From the NCBI GenBank assembly GCA_951406725.2, contig OX597820.1:61008001-61072000 (forward strand): a DNA stretch of 64,000 nt, in the 5' to 3' direction. Position 1 is the first letter of the stretch. Every line of letters starts with the position of its first letter. This DNA is from Octopus vulgaris. Its lineage: Eukaryota. Both the position numbers and the translations under genes were made by a program. The notes beneath the pieces are model-generated. The model did no database searches. It had not been told where the DNA came from and was given only the letters and a program-made list of their open reading frames with translations. Shown here piece after piece: positions 14,975 to 28,910 of the stretch.

Positions 14975-15224
14975 ATTTCAAAGATTTAACAAAAGCATAA
15001 TCGGAAAATTTGTAGCTAATTCCTCATCAGTCAACGATGGGCTTCTTTCAGTTTCTGTCTACCAAATTCACTCACAAGGACTCTAGTCAGCCCGGAGCTA
15101 TAGAAGAAGACATTTGTTCAAGTTGCCGCGCAGTAGAACTGAACCCGGAACCACGTGGTTCTAAAGCCAACTTCTTACCACATAGCGTGATAGTCATCAA
15201 ACACTCATCAAACAGAACTATTAT

Positions 15225-15425
15225 CAGAAGTGGCTGTGTGGTAAGTAGCCTGCTTACCAACCACATGGTTCTGGGTTCAGTCCCACTGCATGACACATTG
15301 GGCAAGTGTCTTTTATTATAGCAACGGGCCGACCAAAACCTTGTGAGTGGATTTGGTAGACGGAAACTGAAAGAAGCCCGTCGTATATATATATATACAT
15401 ATATATATACATATATATATAATAC

Positions 15426-15518
<93 letters not shown>

Positions 15519-15742
15519 TGTGTGTGTATGTATGTGTTTGTGTGTCTGTGTTTGTTCCCCCAACATCGCTTGACAACCGATGCTGCTGTGTTTACGTCTC
15601 CGTAACTTAGCGGTTCGGCAAAAGAGACCAATAGAATAAGTACTAGGCTTCCAAAGAATAAGTTCTGGGGTCGATTTGCTCAACTAAAAGCGGTGCTCCA
15701 GCATGGCCGCAGTCAAATGACTGAAACAAGTAAAAGAGAAAA
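15225..15742 (+). mobile_element. SINE family A, full length
   Basis: A-box-like gtggctgtgtggtaag, B-box-like gggttcagtccc, CORE-like ttgggcaagtgtctt, internal (TA)n(TG)n, LINE-like tail. Confidence 0.92.
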
Positions 15743-15780
15743 GGAATACCAGCCGTGAGCATATCATATTCTCTCTCTCT

Positions 15781-15824
<44 letters not shown>

Positions 15825-16243
15825 GTTTAGCTCCACTCCAAGATCACTTCATTTTTTATTATTGTTACTTTTGGATGGGAAGGTGTGATAACAGGGTATT
15901 TTAGCTACTCTTTCTAGCTCATCGAATGTGGGTATCGGCTGTGGTGGTGATGGCGATGGTGGCGGTAGGAGTGTAGGTAGCGGTGACAGCGGCCGTAACA
16001 ACGACAACGGTGATAATGATGACGATAATGATGACAACAACGTTGGTTGGTCATGACGACGCCGATATCGGCGTTGGCTTAGAGCTGGTAGTGCGGTGCG
16101 GTGATAACAACAATGGCGATGGAGTTAGTGGGTGGGGATGCTGGTTGTAATGTATGTTGGTGTTGTCACTGGTTGTGTCGACACTTGTGACGGAGACAAT
16201 GGAACGTTACACCCACAGTCAGACAATGAGGGGAAACCTCTAC

Positions 16244-16670
16244 GTGGTCAATCGATTTGCTAGAAATTGCAGCGAAATCTCCCTCATATCACTCCCTAAC
16301 GTCCTAAGAAAAAAGAAAGGATACGATTGGTAAAGTATTCCTAGATAAACAAAAAAGGTGTGTTGGTCAAGACTGGAAGATCTTTGACCATACGACTGCT
16401 CGATCAGGGCTGTCCAGGAGCGAAACAATACCAACAAAAATATTTAGTCTACGGAAGAAACATCGAAGTAATCGTTCGACATCCTAGAAATACCCGCTAT
16501 GGCGCCCTCAGATCGTATTTTTATATCCTGGAAAGCGAAAGAGATATTGGACTTTGTAACCCTAGATACATTATGCTTGAAAAAAACAGACGGAATGGTC
16601 AGAGATGGAACACCTTTGACCGTAGGTCTGTCTGATCAGAAATGACATGACCCAAATAACAACAACACTA
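16244..16670 (+). repeat. Old interspersed repeat family E, two copies ending in (CAA)n
   Basis: tggtca.tcga..tgctagaaa...ctttga.cata...tgatcag...aacaacaac; similar decayed copies near 7320, 11390, 29595, 31765, 42345, 51535. Confidence 0.6.
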
Positions 16671-16989
16671 ATATCTAGATAACAACATATCCAAAACATC
16701 GTTCTATTTGTCATGACATGTGTTCGAGTGTTACACTTCTAACAACCATGACCAGAGGACGATATTGGAAACAGTCTAAACAAATCTGGAGATTAACGCT
16801 TTGAGCATTAACTATGGAAGGAAATCGGTAGCATTATTGAAATCTTTAATATGATGGTTTCTGATTTCGGTACAAGGCCAGCATTTTTTAGGAATGGGGT
16901 AAAGTCGATACCATTCATCCCACACTACTCGACTGGAATCAGTATAGATTTTTTCACTTGTGAATATGATTTATTATTGTGTTAATGTT

Positions 16990-17399
16990 ACTCTCTTTTA
17001 CTCTTTTACTTGTTCCAGTCATGTGACTGTGGCCATGCTGGAGCACCGCCTTTAGTCGAGCAAATCGACACAAGGACTTATTCTTTGTAAGCCTAGTACT
17101 TATTCTATCGGTCTCTTTTGCCGAACCGCTACGTTACGGGGACGTAAACACACCAGCATCGGCTGTCAAGCGATATTGGGGAGACAAACATATACACACA
17201 AACACATACCCACACATATATATATATATATACATATATATGACGGGCTTCTATCAGTTTCCGTCTACCAAATCCACTCATAAGGCTTTGGTCGGCCCGA
17301 AGCTATAGTAGAAGACACTTGCCCTAGGTGTCACGTAGTGGGACTGAACCCGGAACCATGTGGTTGGTAAGCAGGATACCTATCACACAGCCACTCCTG
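16990..17399 (-). mobile_element. SINE family A, full length
   Basis: Reverse complement of the 15225-15742 type. Confidence 0.92.
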
Positions 17400-17910
17400 T
17401 CTTGAAAGTGTCGAAGGAGAACAGGGTATTTCACCACTGGAAGGCGTTGTACGTTCTGTATCGATAATGCCTGCGAAAGATAGATTATCGATTCATAATG
17501 TGAAATCCTGTGACAACATCATATGAATATCTGTGGTTAGAAGTGACAGCGGGAGTCATTTATTTTCAGCTGAAAGTAGGGGTGGGGTGAGCAGTGAACA
17601 TAACGGGAATTAGTACAAATCAATCGATAGATTGTGATGAGAGTGATCTCCATTTTAACAGGATGTGATGGAGCTTCTGACCGATATGTTTTAACTAGTA
17701 AATGAGAAGTAGATAGATCACACAAACAGCAACTTCAGAACATTATTACTCGAAAGCATGCTGATGTCAAGGCCAATGATTTCGTTTTAGTCATAATTTT
17801 CAAAGGCAACTGATCAGTTGGTTAAGCAAGTCTCTGGTAAATCTGGCACTTCAGAAGCCGTACGCGAAGAAGGACAAAGATTTTGATATGATAATGGGAA
17901 GGTTTGAGGA

Positions 17911-18140
17911 AGGTGGCGAACTGGCAGAAACATTAGCACGCCGGGCGAAATGCGTAGCTGTATCTCGTCTGCCGTTACGTTCTGAGTTCAAATTCCGCCG
18001 AGGTCGACTTTGCCTTTCATCCTCTCGGGGTCAATAAATTAAGTACCAGTTACGCACTGGGGTCGATGTAATCGACTTAATCCCTTTGTCTGTCCTTGTT
18101 TGTCCCCTCTATGTTTAGCCCCTTGTGGGCAATAAAGAAT
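17911..18140 (+). mobile_element. SINE family B (B1), full length
   Basis: Match to 7020-7251; flanking g(g/a)aaggtttga repeat. Confidence 0.9.
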
Positions 18141-18830
18141 TAAATGGAAAGGTTTGAAATGAAATAAAGATGATATGTCTATTATTAAGTAAGTCAGCAA
18201 GGCTGTTATTTTTGGAGGTTGAACATGCTGTCATATTTTCCCGTAGATTAGGGGTAGATATCTATATAGAGATAAAAATTGAACAGTTTGATTGACCATA
18301 CGAGGAACACACAGGTTAACTGAAAATAAGTAACATAAAAAGTTGCAGCTGCCAACACCAGGAGCACTATATAAATGTCGAGCCTAAACTCAAATACTGC
18401 TACGTATTTTGTTTGAAGAGGCACTCTCTTAAAATTAATAAAGCTGATTGGTGGGTGTGCCTGATTACAAAAGCAACAAGCAATTGACCTTATTTATCAC
18501 ACCTGCGCGAAATAATAAATATTCATTAATTGATTGACATCGTTACGAATATTTCACACCTAAGATAAGGAAATAGCTAAGGCTTGATAAAACTACTGAT
18601 TATCAGATTTTGCTTGTTATGTATTTAAAAATGTAACTTTCACAAGAGACAAAAAATACATACACACACATTTATATACTAAATATCTATGAATATAATT
18701 AGATAACTCCATTCTTTGACTTAAGAAGGAAACCAAAGTTTCATGATTTTCTTGTTGTCTAGAGTCTATTTTCTACCTTTCCTTTTTTTTTGTTTGTTTT
18801 TCATTTTGTTCGTTTTAATTCTTATAAGGT

Positions 18831-19134
18831 GGATGCACATGGTCTAGTGGTTAGAGCAGCGGACTCGCGGTCAGGGATCACGGGTTCGAATCTCAGACTG
18901 GGCGATGTGTGTGTTTATGAGCGAAAACACCTAAGCTCCACGCGGCCCGGCAGAAGGTAATGGCGAACTTCTGCTGACTCTTTCGCCACAACTTTCTCTC
19001 ACGCTTTCCTCCTGCATCTTGCAGCTCACCTGCGACGAACCGGCGTCCCGTCCAGGTGGGGAACCTATATGCCAAGGAAACCGAGAAACCGGCCCTAATG
19101 AGCCAGGGATGACTCGAGAAGGAACAAACAAATA
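18831..19134 (+). mobile_element. SINE family C (tRNA-derived, V-domain-like 3' part), 10-bp TSD
   Basis: A box tggtctagtgg, B box ggttcgaatct; cctgcgacgaaccggcgtcccgtccagg resembles the V-SINE block; TSD cttataaggt 18821-18830 / 19135-19144. Confidence 0.85.
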
Positions 19135-19189
19135 CTTATAAGGTCTTCTTTGATGCAGCAAGCTAGTTTCCGATATTATTATATTGATA

Positions 19190-19495
19190 TAGCGGAGAGC
19201 TGGCACAATCGTTAGCACGCCGAAAAAACTGCTTAGCGACATTTTCCCCAACTTTACGTTTTGAGTTCAAATTCCGCCGAGGTCAACTTTACCTGTCATC
19301 CTCCTAAGGTCAATAAAAATAAGTAGATTTAAACACCTACGTTCAGAGTTCAAATTCCACTGAGATCGACTTTGCGTTTCACCCTTTCGGAGTCGATAAA
19401 ATAAGTGCCAATTATTGAGTATTGGGGATCAATGTAATCGATTTAACTACCCCCTCGAAATTACTGGCCTAGTGTTAAGATTTGAAACTAATTAT
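19190..19495 (+). mobile_element. SINE B (B2) with internal duplication
   Basis: Two successive gagttcaaattcc...gataaaataagt blocks. Confidence 0.75.
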
Positions 19496-19496
19496 A

Positions 19497-19985
19497 TCTT
19501 TACTCTTTTACTTGTTTCGGTCATTTGACTGGCCATGCTGGAGCATCGCCTTTAATCGAGCAAATCGACCCCACGACTTATTCTTTGTAAGCCTAGTACT
19601 TATTCTATCGATCGCTTTTGCTGAAACGCTAAGTTACGGAGACGTAAACACACCAGCATTTGTTATCAAGCGATGTTGTGGGGGAGACAAACACAGACAC
19701 GCAAACATACACACACACATACATATATGTATATATATACATATATACGACGGGCTTCTTTCACTTTCCGTCTACCAAATCCACTCACAAGGCTTTGGTC
19801 GACCCGGGGATATAGTAGAAGACACTACTATATGTGTCAGCAGAAGTTCGCCATTACCTTCTGCTGGGCCGCGTGGAGCTTAGGTGTTTTCGCTCATAAA
19901 CACACACATCGCCCAGTCTGAGAATCGGGCTGAACCCGGAACCATGTGGTTCGTAAGCAAGCTACTCACCACTCAGCAACTCCTA
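19497..19985 (-). mobile_element. SINE A containing a SINE C fragment (19835-19925)
   Basis: Insert is the reverse complement of about 18890-18978. Confidence 0.85.
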
Positions 19986-20013
19986 TCAAATATTTACATA
20001 TATATATATATAT

Positions 20014-20091
<78 letters not shown>

Positions 20092-20161
20092 CTTATATAT
20101 ATATTTATACATACTGTTAAATATTATTAATCTTGCTTGAAATATTTTATGAAATCTATAC

Positions 20162-20225
20162 ATGGCGGTGCCCCAGCATGGCCACAGCTCGTGAGCTGAA
20201 ACTAGATAAAATGAAAATGAAATGA
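20162..20225 (+). mobile_element. Extremely 5'-truncated CR1/L2-like LINE 3' end with (AAATG)n tail
   Basis: Matches 5111-5155 and 35881-35930. Confidence 0.75.
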
Positions 20226-20249
20226 CATGAAATATATTAAAACTCGTTT

Positions 20250-21830
20250 AATAATGATTTCAAATTTTTGCATTAAGGACAGCAATATTAGTGGGAAGGT
20301 TTTAATCGATTAAATCGATGCCAGTACTTGAACCCGAAAGGGTGAAAGAATGCCACTAAACCTTTTTGTCCGACGCGTTAAGAATTGTCAGCTCGCCGTC
20401 TTTGAAACTCCGATAATAATTATAAAATTATGATACAAAATTATAGCTACAACCGAAGTCCCAGGGTTAGTAGAATCTGTAGACAGCTAGATCAAAATTT
20501 TTTGCGGTATTTTTGTTGCGGTCCTTTGCGTTCTAAGTTCAAATCTAGCCAAAGTCAACTTTGCCTTTCATCCTTTTCGGGGCCGATAAAATAAAGTACT
20601 AATCATGTACTAGATGGGGAGAGGCCTAGTCCTTTATGTTCTGAGCTCAAATCCAGCCGAAGTCAACTTTGCCTTTCATCCCTTTCGGGGCCGATAAAAT
20701 AAAGTACTAGTTACGTACTAGATGGGGAGAGGCCTAGGTATCAACTAATCCCTCCTCTGAAAACAGTTTGTCTTCTAACCAAATTAGAAACGATTATTAA
20801 ATTCAAATATTTACTCACGACCGTACATTTTCTAGAGGGAAACTTACATTCGATTAAATCTCAGAACGTAAAAAGCCAAAACTAAAAGCTGCAAGGCATT
20901 TTGTTAGATGATTCCCTCATGATCTTCTTGGGTGCTTTTATTATTCGAGTGATCAGCAGAATCGTTAGAGCGACAACTGTTATGTGGTATTCGTTCAGTG
21001 TTCATCTTTACTTTTCATCCCTCCAGGGACGATAAAATAAAGCACCGGCCAAATTTTGGGGTTGATGGTATCAGCTAACACATTTTCCTCCAAACTTTCA
21101 TGCATCGTGCCTATAATCAAAATTATTATTAAAACCTGGATGTGGTCGACGTATTGACAGAATCGATAGAACATCAGCGAAGCACTTTGCAGTGTTAAGT
21201 TACTTAATTTTACTTTTTGAATTCAATTCCAGCCAAAGTCAATTTTTGTTTCCATCCTTTCGGGTTCAATAAACCAATAAGATCCAGTCAAGTTTTGGGG
21301 ATCTGATAATGAACTGATCCTGCTCACAAAATGTTTGGCTTATTGAATAGAATGCTAGACAATTAATCAAAGAATTGATTTTCCACAGTTTGAGATGCTG
21401 CTTCGAGTTTGTGCCAAGGAAAAAAATTTTTTTTTCATTTACTTATTTATAACAACAGTAGATCTGAAATTAATCCAAAGCACTAAGCAACAGCACTGCA
21501 GAAAGGATGACGGATTTATTGGATAGTTAAGCCGAGTTCAACTTCTTACTGCAAGAATACATTATCTTACACGCTTACTTAAGATGAGTGGGTGTGCTTT
21601 GAAAGAAATGTGACAAATATTTCTTGCAGGTAGAGTTTCCTTCGTTGGCTCAAGTAATATTAATTTCTGATATTGACACAAAAACACAAATGGTACTTAT
21701 TTTATCGATCTAGAAAGGATGAAAAGCAAAGTCGACCTCCGCGGAATTTTAAATCCGAATGGAAAGAGCCAGAAGAAATGCAAAGCATTTTGTCCAACAT
21801 GATAGCGATTCCTCCAGTTAGCCGTCTTCA
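20250..21830. mobile_element. Cluster of decayed SINE B copies including a ~108-bp tandem duplication (20521-20737)
   Basis: Repeated gcctttcatcc..tcggg..gataaaa motifs on both strands. Confidence 0.7.
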
Positions 21831-22567
21831 CATTCTTAAATAATGAAATCCATACCTACAAACACTTTTTTAGACGTGAACGAGTTAGACGTTATAATGT
21901 AATAAGTAAAATTATAATAGCCCTTGAAATTACCATGCTCCGTAGCTTGAAAATAATATGCATCAAAGATATTTTGAAGATCTTAAGGCATGGCACTCTG
22001 ATGAACTGCAAGTAATTAATATTGTATTTCCTAGATAAATTTCTTAAGCAGGCAGTTGGTAGAAAACTTGTAAATTAAAGATGTACAAATGTTTGGTGTT
22101 CATGTCTTATTAAGCATCATTAATAGTATACATGCTATTTGAATTCAAACAGTTGAACCTGGCTGGCGAAGTCAATTTGTTAGAAACAAACTACTACTTC
22201 AATATATTTCAAAACTTCTCATTTGAACGTCAAATCAGAGATCGGTGGAATACACACGGTTATTTTGGCCATATGCGAACGAATCCAAGGAAAAAAGTCA
22301 CAGGGGTTTTGTCCGGGAGGGGGGATGTCTTAGGAAGCGTTTTGTCCGGATCCCATAAATTAATTGTGACTTTTTTCCAAGCCAAAATTGTGACTATTAC
22401 TGTAATTTTTTTCCTGTGACTTTATTACTGGTCACCATGCAAACATATATTGCTGGATAGTAAATTCAAATCAGGTGCTCTTCAAGCTTTTTCTCCCTTG
22501 TTTACAAATAGTGATAGTTCTGTTCAGCCTATAAAGAATTTCAAATCGCTGTTGAAAATATTATACT

Positions 22568-22926
22568 AAACAAGAGCACTCAGAAAGCGCAAACCTCCAC
22601 CATGGCAACACTAACGTCTTCTCAACAATTAGCCGGAGATGTTTTTAAAATGAGAATACTAAAATAAACGAGAATACTTAAAATTAACTCCACCGCTCTC
22701 AAAAATTAAGTAAAAAAAAAAAGCAGGGGAAATAATTCAGAATCCTTGTCCAGTACCAGATCGGACCCAGAATCTAATCAGTTCGTGCCAGTCACGAGAC
22801 CAAACATCCCTGAAAGTTTCATCCGTATCCTTCCAGTGGTTCTTGAGATATCTTGTCCACGGGCAAACAAACAAACAAACAAACACGACTCAAAATAATA
22901 CCATCGCCTTCGCTAAGGCGGAGGTA
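22568..22926. mobile_element. Helentron-associated non-autonomous element (HINE/DINE-like)
   Basis: aacaagagcactcag..cgcaaacctccaccatggc start, aagtttcatccgtatcc core, (AAAC)n, and hairpin/subTIR end cgccttcgctaaggcggaggta. Confidence 0.75.
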
Positions 22927-24329
22927 GACATAACCATCTGTTAAGAGATTGCGTTTCAATAAACAACTCAACTTTGCTAAAAGATATTTCAGTAGAAACT
23001 GAATTTTTTTTGTCCGAGTCATTCATATCATAGTGTCTATTATTTTTTTAATTATTAGAAACTAAAACTATATTTCATATATAAATTTCTGCGAAGCAAA
23101 TATTTGTTTTATTTATTAGCAGGAATAAAGAAAATGATGTCTGTGGACAATATTTAAATCCACAAGATCAGTCAACAATTTGTAATTTCAGACGGTGTAA
23201 ATTTCGTGGTTGTTCTTATTTGTTTTAGATACAAGCTGATCAGAGATTTCAGCGTTTTAATCCCGACGACAGAAGCATGTCGAAAGAGAGTTGGGATAGC
23301 TATAGTGAAAGAAACATTGTAAAGCACAGGTTTCAGTTGCCATGTACTGTTCGGATATTTGCAGTGTGTTTGATTGTTATAAAGGGAAGTTGTTGACCAA
23401 ATATAAAGCCAATATTAGCAATCTAGAAACATGGATGTGTTTCAAAGAAAGCAAGCGGATATGACAAACGAACTGAATTGTTTGAGGCCACATTCCCAGC
23501 TGTTGTACAAGTGGTTGATTGTTATGTTCACTTTGTAGAAATTACTCTGATAAATATATAGTGCAATATAATGTAATTGTATAAACACAAATCACATTCA
23601 TGCTTAAATTTTCAAAGCAAGGTTTGGGGGTATTTTTTTATAAGTGCGCGAATTTTAAAAACGAAAATCAATATAGAAGAAAGAGTAGCTTTAAGGTCGA
23701 ATATTGCAATAATTTTCTGAAGCAGTATCGTTAGAAGATCAATATATATCAAAAGAAGCATTTGAAGACCGAGAGTAACTGACTTATCTATTGTCGTATC
23801 GCTTACTCTAAGTTCAAATTCTGTTGAGATTATATCTGCTTTATCACGTCAATGAAATACATACTGTTATCTATATAGTCTTCATACAAGACATTGCTTT
23901 TGTCATGTAAAATTAAAACAATATTAATATTATTCTTCAGCTCGAGTAATTCCTCAGCCAATTAACTGTAAAATATTTTGATTCTTCCTCTAAAATGAAT
24001 CGTTCTCTCACCCAACCCCCTCTTTCTATCTCTCTCTCTCTCTCTCCACACACATATATGAATACGGACCGCGAAAGCTTAGCCCATCGATCCTTTCCAA
24101 ACAGTAATATATGTGTGTATGCGTATAGATCATCTATACGCACGCGCATATATGTACATGGATGAGATATTTAACTTGTCACGCAGTTAATCACAATAGC
24201 TTTACTTTTGCCTACTTTGATTCCAATCTGTAGCAAACATTCAAGTCAAGTATTTGGTTTGAGGATATTCCCTTCCCTTTTTTCTCTCAAATCTCGTACT
24301 GTAAAAAGTCATAGTCACTGCCCCCCCCC

Positions 24330-25560
24330 AACTACAAGATAAGAGTCATATAGTGAAGTTGGAAATTCTATATTCCCATCTGTGTTCTCAGTCTCTCCTT
24401 GTTCTAACAGCTTGACACTAGCATGTCAACCACATCATCCTGTATGATTCCTTCAAATCTTATATCACTTGCCATTGTCACAATATCTTTCCCAGTTTGA
24501 TGTTGATTTTCTGCTCGTATAAAACCTGCAAAATCACGGATACATTCTGACTATCGATTTTCTGAAACATTATTCAAAGTTGCGGATTTCACTTCATGCC
24601 GTGTCACAGATATGTTGTCCATAACAATCAATTGGACGCAGAACTTCTTCCAAAATTGTAGGTTTATCCTCCTCCTAAACTGCGGTTGTTTGAAAGTCCT
24701 CAAATAACATGATCTAAAGTTAACTATCGCATCTTGATCCATTGGCTGTGGTAAAGTCGTATTTTGGGGGATATATTCTACTCTCGCATTATTAGAAAGC
24801 TCATTTAAGTCCATTGCAGTGTTTGATGTATTGTCTGAAAGAAGCAATGTATTGCTCTAAATATTATGTCAGTAAACCACTCTTCCGAAAGTTTCTAAGT
24901 AATTATTGCCATCTTATTTGAACGTCAAATCAGAGGTCAATTAAATATTGCGTGAGTAGCGGCTTAAATTCCATATCACCAGCAACATTTCTTCCCGGAA
25001 GATGTGTTCAACAATCCTTAAAAACTTTGTATCGTAGTGTTGTTGATTCTTCTCGGGAAAGAAAAATTCTAGTTGGCATGAGCTTCTAGAAACATACAGT
25101 TTCAACATTATATATTTACTTTGATGTGCACCTCATTTTTTTTTCTTTCAGCTTCTCAGGATAAGAGCAGCTTTATATCAGCATTGGCAGCCTCACCTGA
25201 CATTTTATATTATGCAAGTTCCAGCGCTTCTTAAACCTTTCAAACCAGTCCTTACTATCCAGAAAGATTTTCATTATAAGTTTCTCCTTTCGTTTTCAAC
25301 AAATCGCCATACAAACTTTTGGCTTTTAATTCCATTGTGCACATTACGTCGACTCTGTTCTTCGATCCATAAATTTAAGTGCCATCCATTTAAATCCTTA
25401 CACAAGATCTATCGAAAACTAAAGTCCAAACAGTTGATGGAGTAACTTCATGAGCATTTAATTTTCTCTCAATTACCACTTTCGTTCTTACTGCAGACGT
25501 TGCAAGTGTTCACATTTTGGCAACGTCGCTGATTTTTCTCCCGCATCAAGCCTCGAGTTT
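24330..25560 (-). pseudogene. pogo/Tigger (CENP-B-like DDE) transposase relic
   Basis: ORF 24551..24847 LLSDN...LSNNARVEYIPQNTTLPQPMDQDAIVNFRSCYLR resembles Tigger LLDNAPxH...FLPPNTTSLIQPMDQG; many stops and frameshifts. Confidence 0.8.
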
Positions 25561-26609
25561 ACTATCCAGAGTAATCCTCTAACGTTTCTTTTTTGTACTA
25601 TTGCCTTCAACCCCACTTAATGGTTTCCTAGTAGACGTTCTGAATCGTAAATAAATCCAGAAGTGGCCGAAGTCAGTCGACAGGGACTGTTTTTTGAAAG
25701 CAAAACCTCTTCTCAGATATAAGAATGAAATTGAGATGAAAAGATGAGGGAGTGAGGTGGGAGAAAGTTGAAGGGTTTCTAGGTTCATGGGCGGTCGTCC
25801 CTTGCATTTATGACTCAAGACATAAAACTCCAACCGCCGGTCCTTAGTGTCTGTACCTATCTTTCCAACAAATGAGATGTCTGTTTGTTTATATCCCCGC
25901 TAAAGAAAACAGACCGACAAAATTAAGTACCAGGCTTAGAGTACTGGGGTTGATTTTTTCAACCAAACCCTTCAAAACAGTATCTCAGTATGGCTACAAT
26001 CGAATGATTAAAACAAGTACAAGAATTAAATTACATCAACTATTTATCAGCATACGGTCACCAATAGATGCTGCGTGCAAATCGCGCATGCGATATTACA
26101 ACTTTTACCGTTTTATTCATCGATATTATTAAATGCATAATAATATATCTTTGTAGCTACTTCGTCTAAAAGCTTATTTGGGGATTGACTGGGATTAATC
26201 TAACTTGTGGTGTAATAGTTAACATTGCTCTACTTTACGATTTACACCAAACGCAGCGTTAGAATCCAACAAGCGATGTAACTACATCTATTCAAATATG
26301 TATGTGTGTGTGTGTGTTTGTGCATATGTATGCATTCATATATGTATGTATATGTGTAGATGCTTCGTGGTATTTAGATCACGCCTTTACTTTTTCAGTG
26401 TAAAGCCCTGTTAGGCCTTACTAAAGTCGATAAAACAAGTATCATTAATAAATTCTGTCCTACTATATTTATTATACCGTTTCCTTTTAGGACTTATATC
26501 TCTTGTAAAAATCAATATATTTAATCGAAATGTCAAAAATGAATATTACGGCAATTAAATAAAAATTTATCAGAAAAAGACACCATTATTTAGATAGATA
26601 GATAGAATA

Positions 26610-27060
26610 CTCCTTTACTTGTTTGAGTCAATTGACTGCGGCCATGATGGAGCACTGCCTTTAGTCGTAAGTTGTAAGCTTAGTACTTATTTTATCGGTC
26701 TTTTTTGCCGAACCGCTGTCGAATATTTTTCTCTTTTTCTTGTTTCAGCCATTGGACTGTGACTTGCTGAGGCACCACCATGGAGGTTTTTAGTCGAACA
26801 AATTGACGTAAAAAGCCTACACTGGTTGTTAGGCGGGGTAGGGTGGGGGAACAAGTACGAAGTTACATATACACACATATATGACAGGTTACTTTCAGTT
26901 TCCGTCTACCAAATTAACTTAAATGGCATTGGTCGTCTCGAGATTATGGTAGAAGACACTTGCCAAAAGTGCTGCACAGTGGCAGCACTTTTGGCAAGCA
27001 CTCAAGACCCACGTGACTGCAGAACGAGTTCCTTAACCAAACAGCCATGCCTATTCCTAT
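26610..27060 (-). mobile_element. Decayed SINE A copies
   Basis: Tail and head motifs of family A. Confidence 0.7.
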
Positions 27061-27312
27061 AGCCATGCCAGCAGACCATCTCTGAAGTGAATGTAAAATA
27101 TAAGATTTAAGTTCGAATCCTATTCTTTTTGAACATAGAATGTTAAAAAGCCGAGTGAAATTTGGTAGATTTAAAAATGAGGAAATTTAGTCAAGAACCT
27201 TTTCCGGTCAAATGCAGTGAACCTCGTTGTCTCTACATCTAGATTAGGTCAACAAAACAATGTTCTACGTTACATTGAATGTTATGGAAGGAGGAAACTG
27301 GCAATACATACT

Positions 27313-27873
27313 CCTTTCTACTATAGACATAAGGCCTGAAACTTTGGGGGAGGCAGCTAGTCAATAACATCGACCCCAGTGTTTCTCTGGTATTTGATAT
27401 ATCGACCCCGCAAAAGATGAAAAGCAAAGTCGACCTCGGCGGAATTTGAATTCAGAACGTAGCAACGTGCCACAATCAGGAACTATTTGTTGTTTCATCG
27501 TGTTAAGGCGGCGAAATGCTTAGCGGTATTTCGTCTGCCGCTACGTTCTGAGTTCAAATTCCGCCGAGGTCGACTTTGCCTTTCATCCTTTCGGGGTCGA
27601 TTAAATAAGTACCAGTTACGCACTGAGGTCGATATAATCGACTTAATCCGTTTGTCTGTCCTTGCTTGTCCTCTGTGTGTTTAGCCCCTTGTAGGTAGTA
27701 AATAAATAGGTATCTCGTCTGTCTTTACGTTCCGAGTTCAAATTCCGCCGAGGTCGACTTTGCCTTTCATCCGTTCGGGATCTATAAATTAAGTACCAAT
27801 TGCGTACTGTGGTCGATCTAATCGACTAGCCCCCTCCCCAAAAATTTCGGGCCTTGTGCCAAGAGTAGAAAAG
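27313..27873. mobile_element. SINE B minus fragment (27313-27465) plus composite B1-B2 on plus (27506-27873)
   Basis: Family B matches; B1 tail aaata joined to ggtatctcgtctg. Confidence 0.85.
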
Positions 27874-27874
27874 T

Positions 27875-28010
27875 ACTATTTTAACTCAACTGGCGCACCT
27901 CCTCAACATCGTGCCAGCCCACATAAATGAGGAAAGTGATTTTTACGGCATTCAAACGGTTCCTAGATTATTACCTCCAACAAATACGAGACTAACCACA
28001 CACGCCCGGA
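27875..28010 (+). mobile_element. CR1/L2-group LINE 3' coding fragment
   Basis: Homologous to the reverse complement of about 2968-3106. Confidence 0.75.
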
Positions 28011-28910
28011 CTTTGAAAATTAAGAGATGGAATATCTTAATGAAAATGTATTAATTTAAAATTAATTTTAAAATATAATGCATTATTTATTTGCTTCAAT
28101 CAGACATTTTACTCATGCTTGGAGTACCACCATTAATTCACATGGCATAATTTTTTTTTCACTTTTATTGGACACATATTTTATATCACTTCACAATATA
28201 ATTCTAGAGTCATATGTATAAAGTTTGTTTTAAAACTTACTATTATACTTATTGGTTAAATTTTAAATGATTTCACTTTAAAAGTTTATTCTCGAAAGCA
28301 AATCTTATATATTCGGGGGGCGGGGAAACTTCTGAGAAGGCATTTAAACAAACAAAAATAAGTAAACATTCAGGAAAAACAAATTAGCGACAGACTTTGA
28401 CATGACTTGGGAAAATTACGGAAGGTATTTGAATTAAACCAACAACAAAATAAATTAGCGACCTGGCAACGGGTTGACAAAAATCCTGTGTTAAATATAT
28501 AAACAAATTTGACCTTTGCTGCGACTCGATCCATCGATATCGTCCCAATTTATAACATCAACATATACCGTTACTGAGCAACTGCGAAATCTGTTCAAAT
28601 ATACTGAAGCAGTCTCTAAACAAAATGGTAGGGTATTGATCAAATCTCGAATCTAGACGAAAAGACACGTGTAAAGAATGTGCCGGTAAAGGAACAGTTT
28701 AATCCTTTAACCACGTTCATAAATGTAGACTCGTTGTATTGATATGCTAATAAGAATGACCTTCGAGTAAATATATCTCTGCATTCGAGACAAATGTGTA
28801 TCTGAACTGTTTTTGTTCCTATTATGAATAATGGCATGATGACAGGTTGTCTTGAAATTGATTGATTCTGTTATCATAGAGTGTAGCATTTCAAAGGGGA
28901 TCAAAATATT

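Larger units (their letters stand above)
14262..15185 (-). mobile_element. SINE A copy split by insertions in its central microsatellite
   Basis: 3' half 14262-14480 and 5' half 15035-15185 on the same strand. Confidence 0.75.

Noticed and set aside
18831-18905. Functional tRNA gene
   Set aside because: A and B boxes are present but the acceptor stem is broken and it runs into a SINE body with TSDs.
20521-20737. CRISPR-like repeat array
   Set aside because: Only a two-unit tandem duplication of a SINE fragment; no spacers or cas genes, and the context is eukaryotic.
28300-28900. Second Penelope-like RT relic (IIGTK... on the minus strand)
   Set aside because: Similarity is too weak to call by eye; needs an HMM search.
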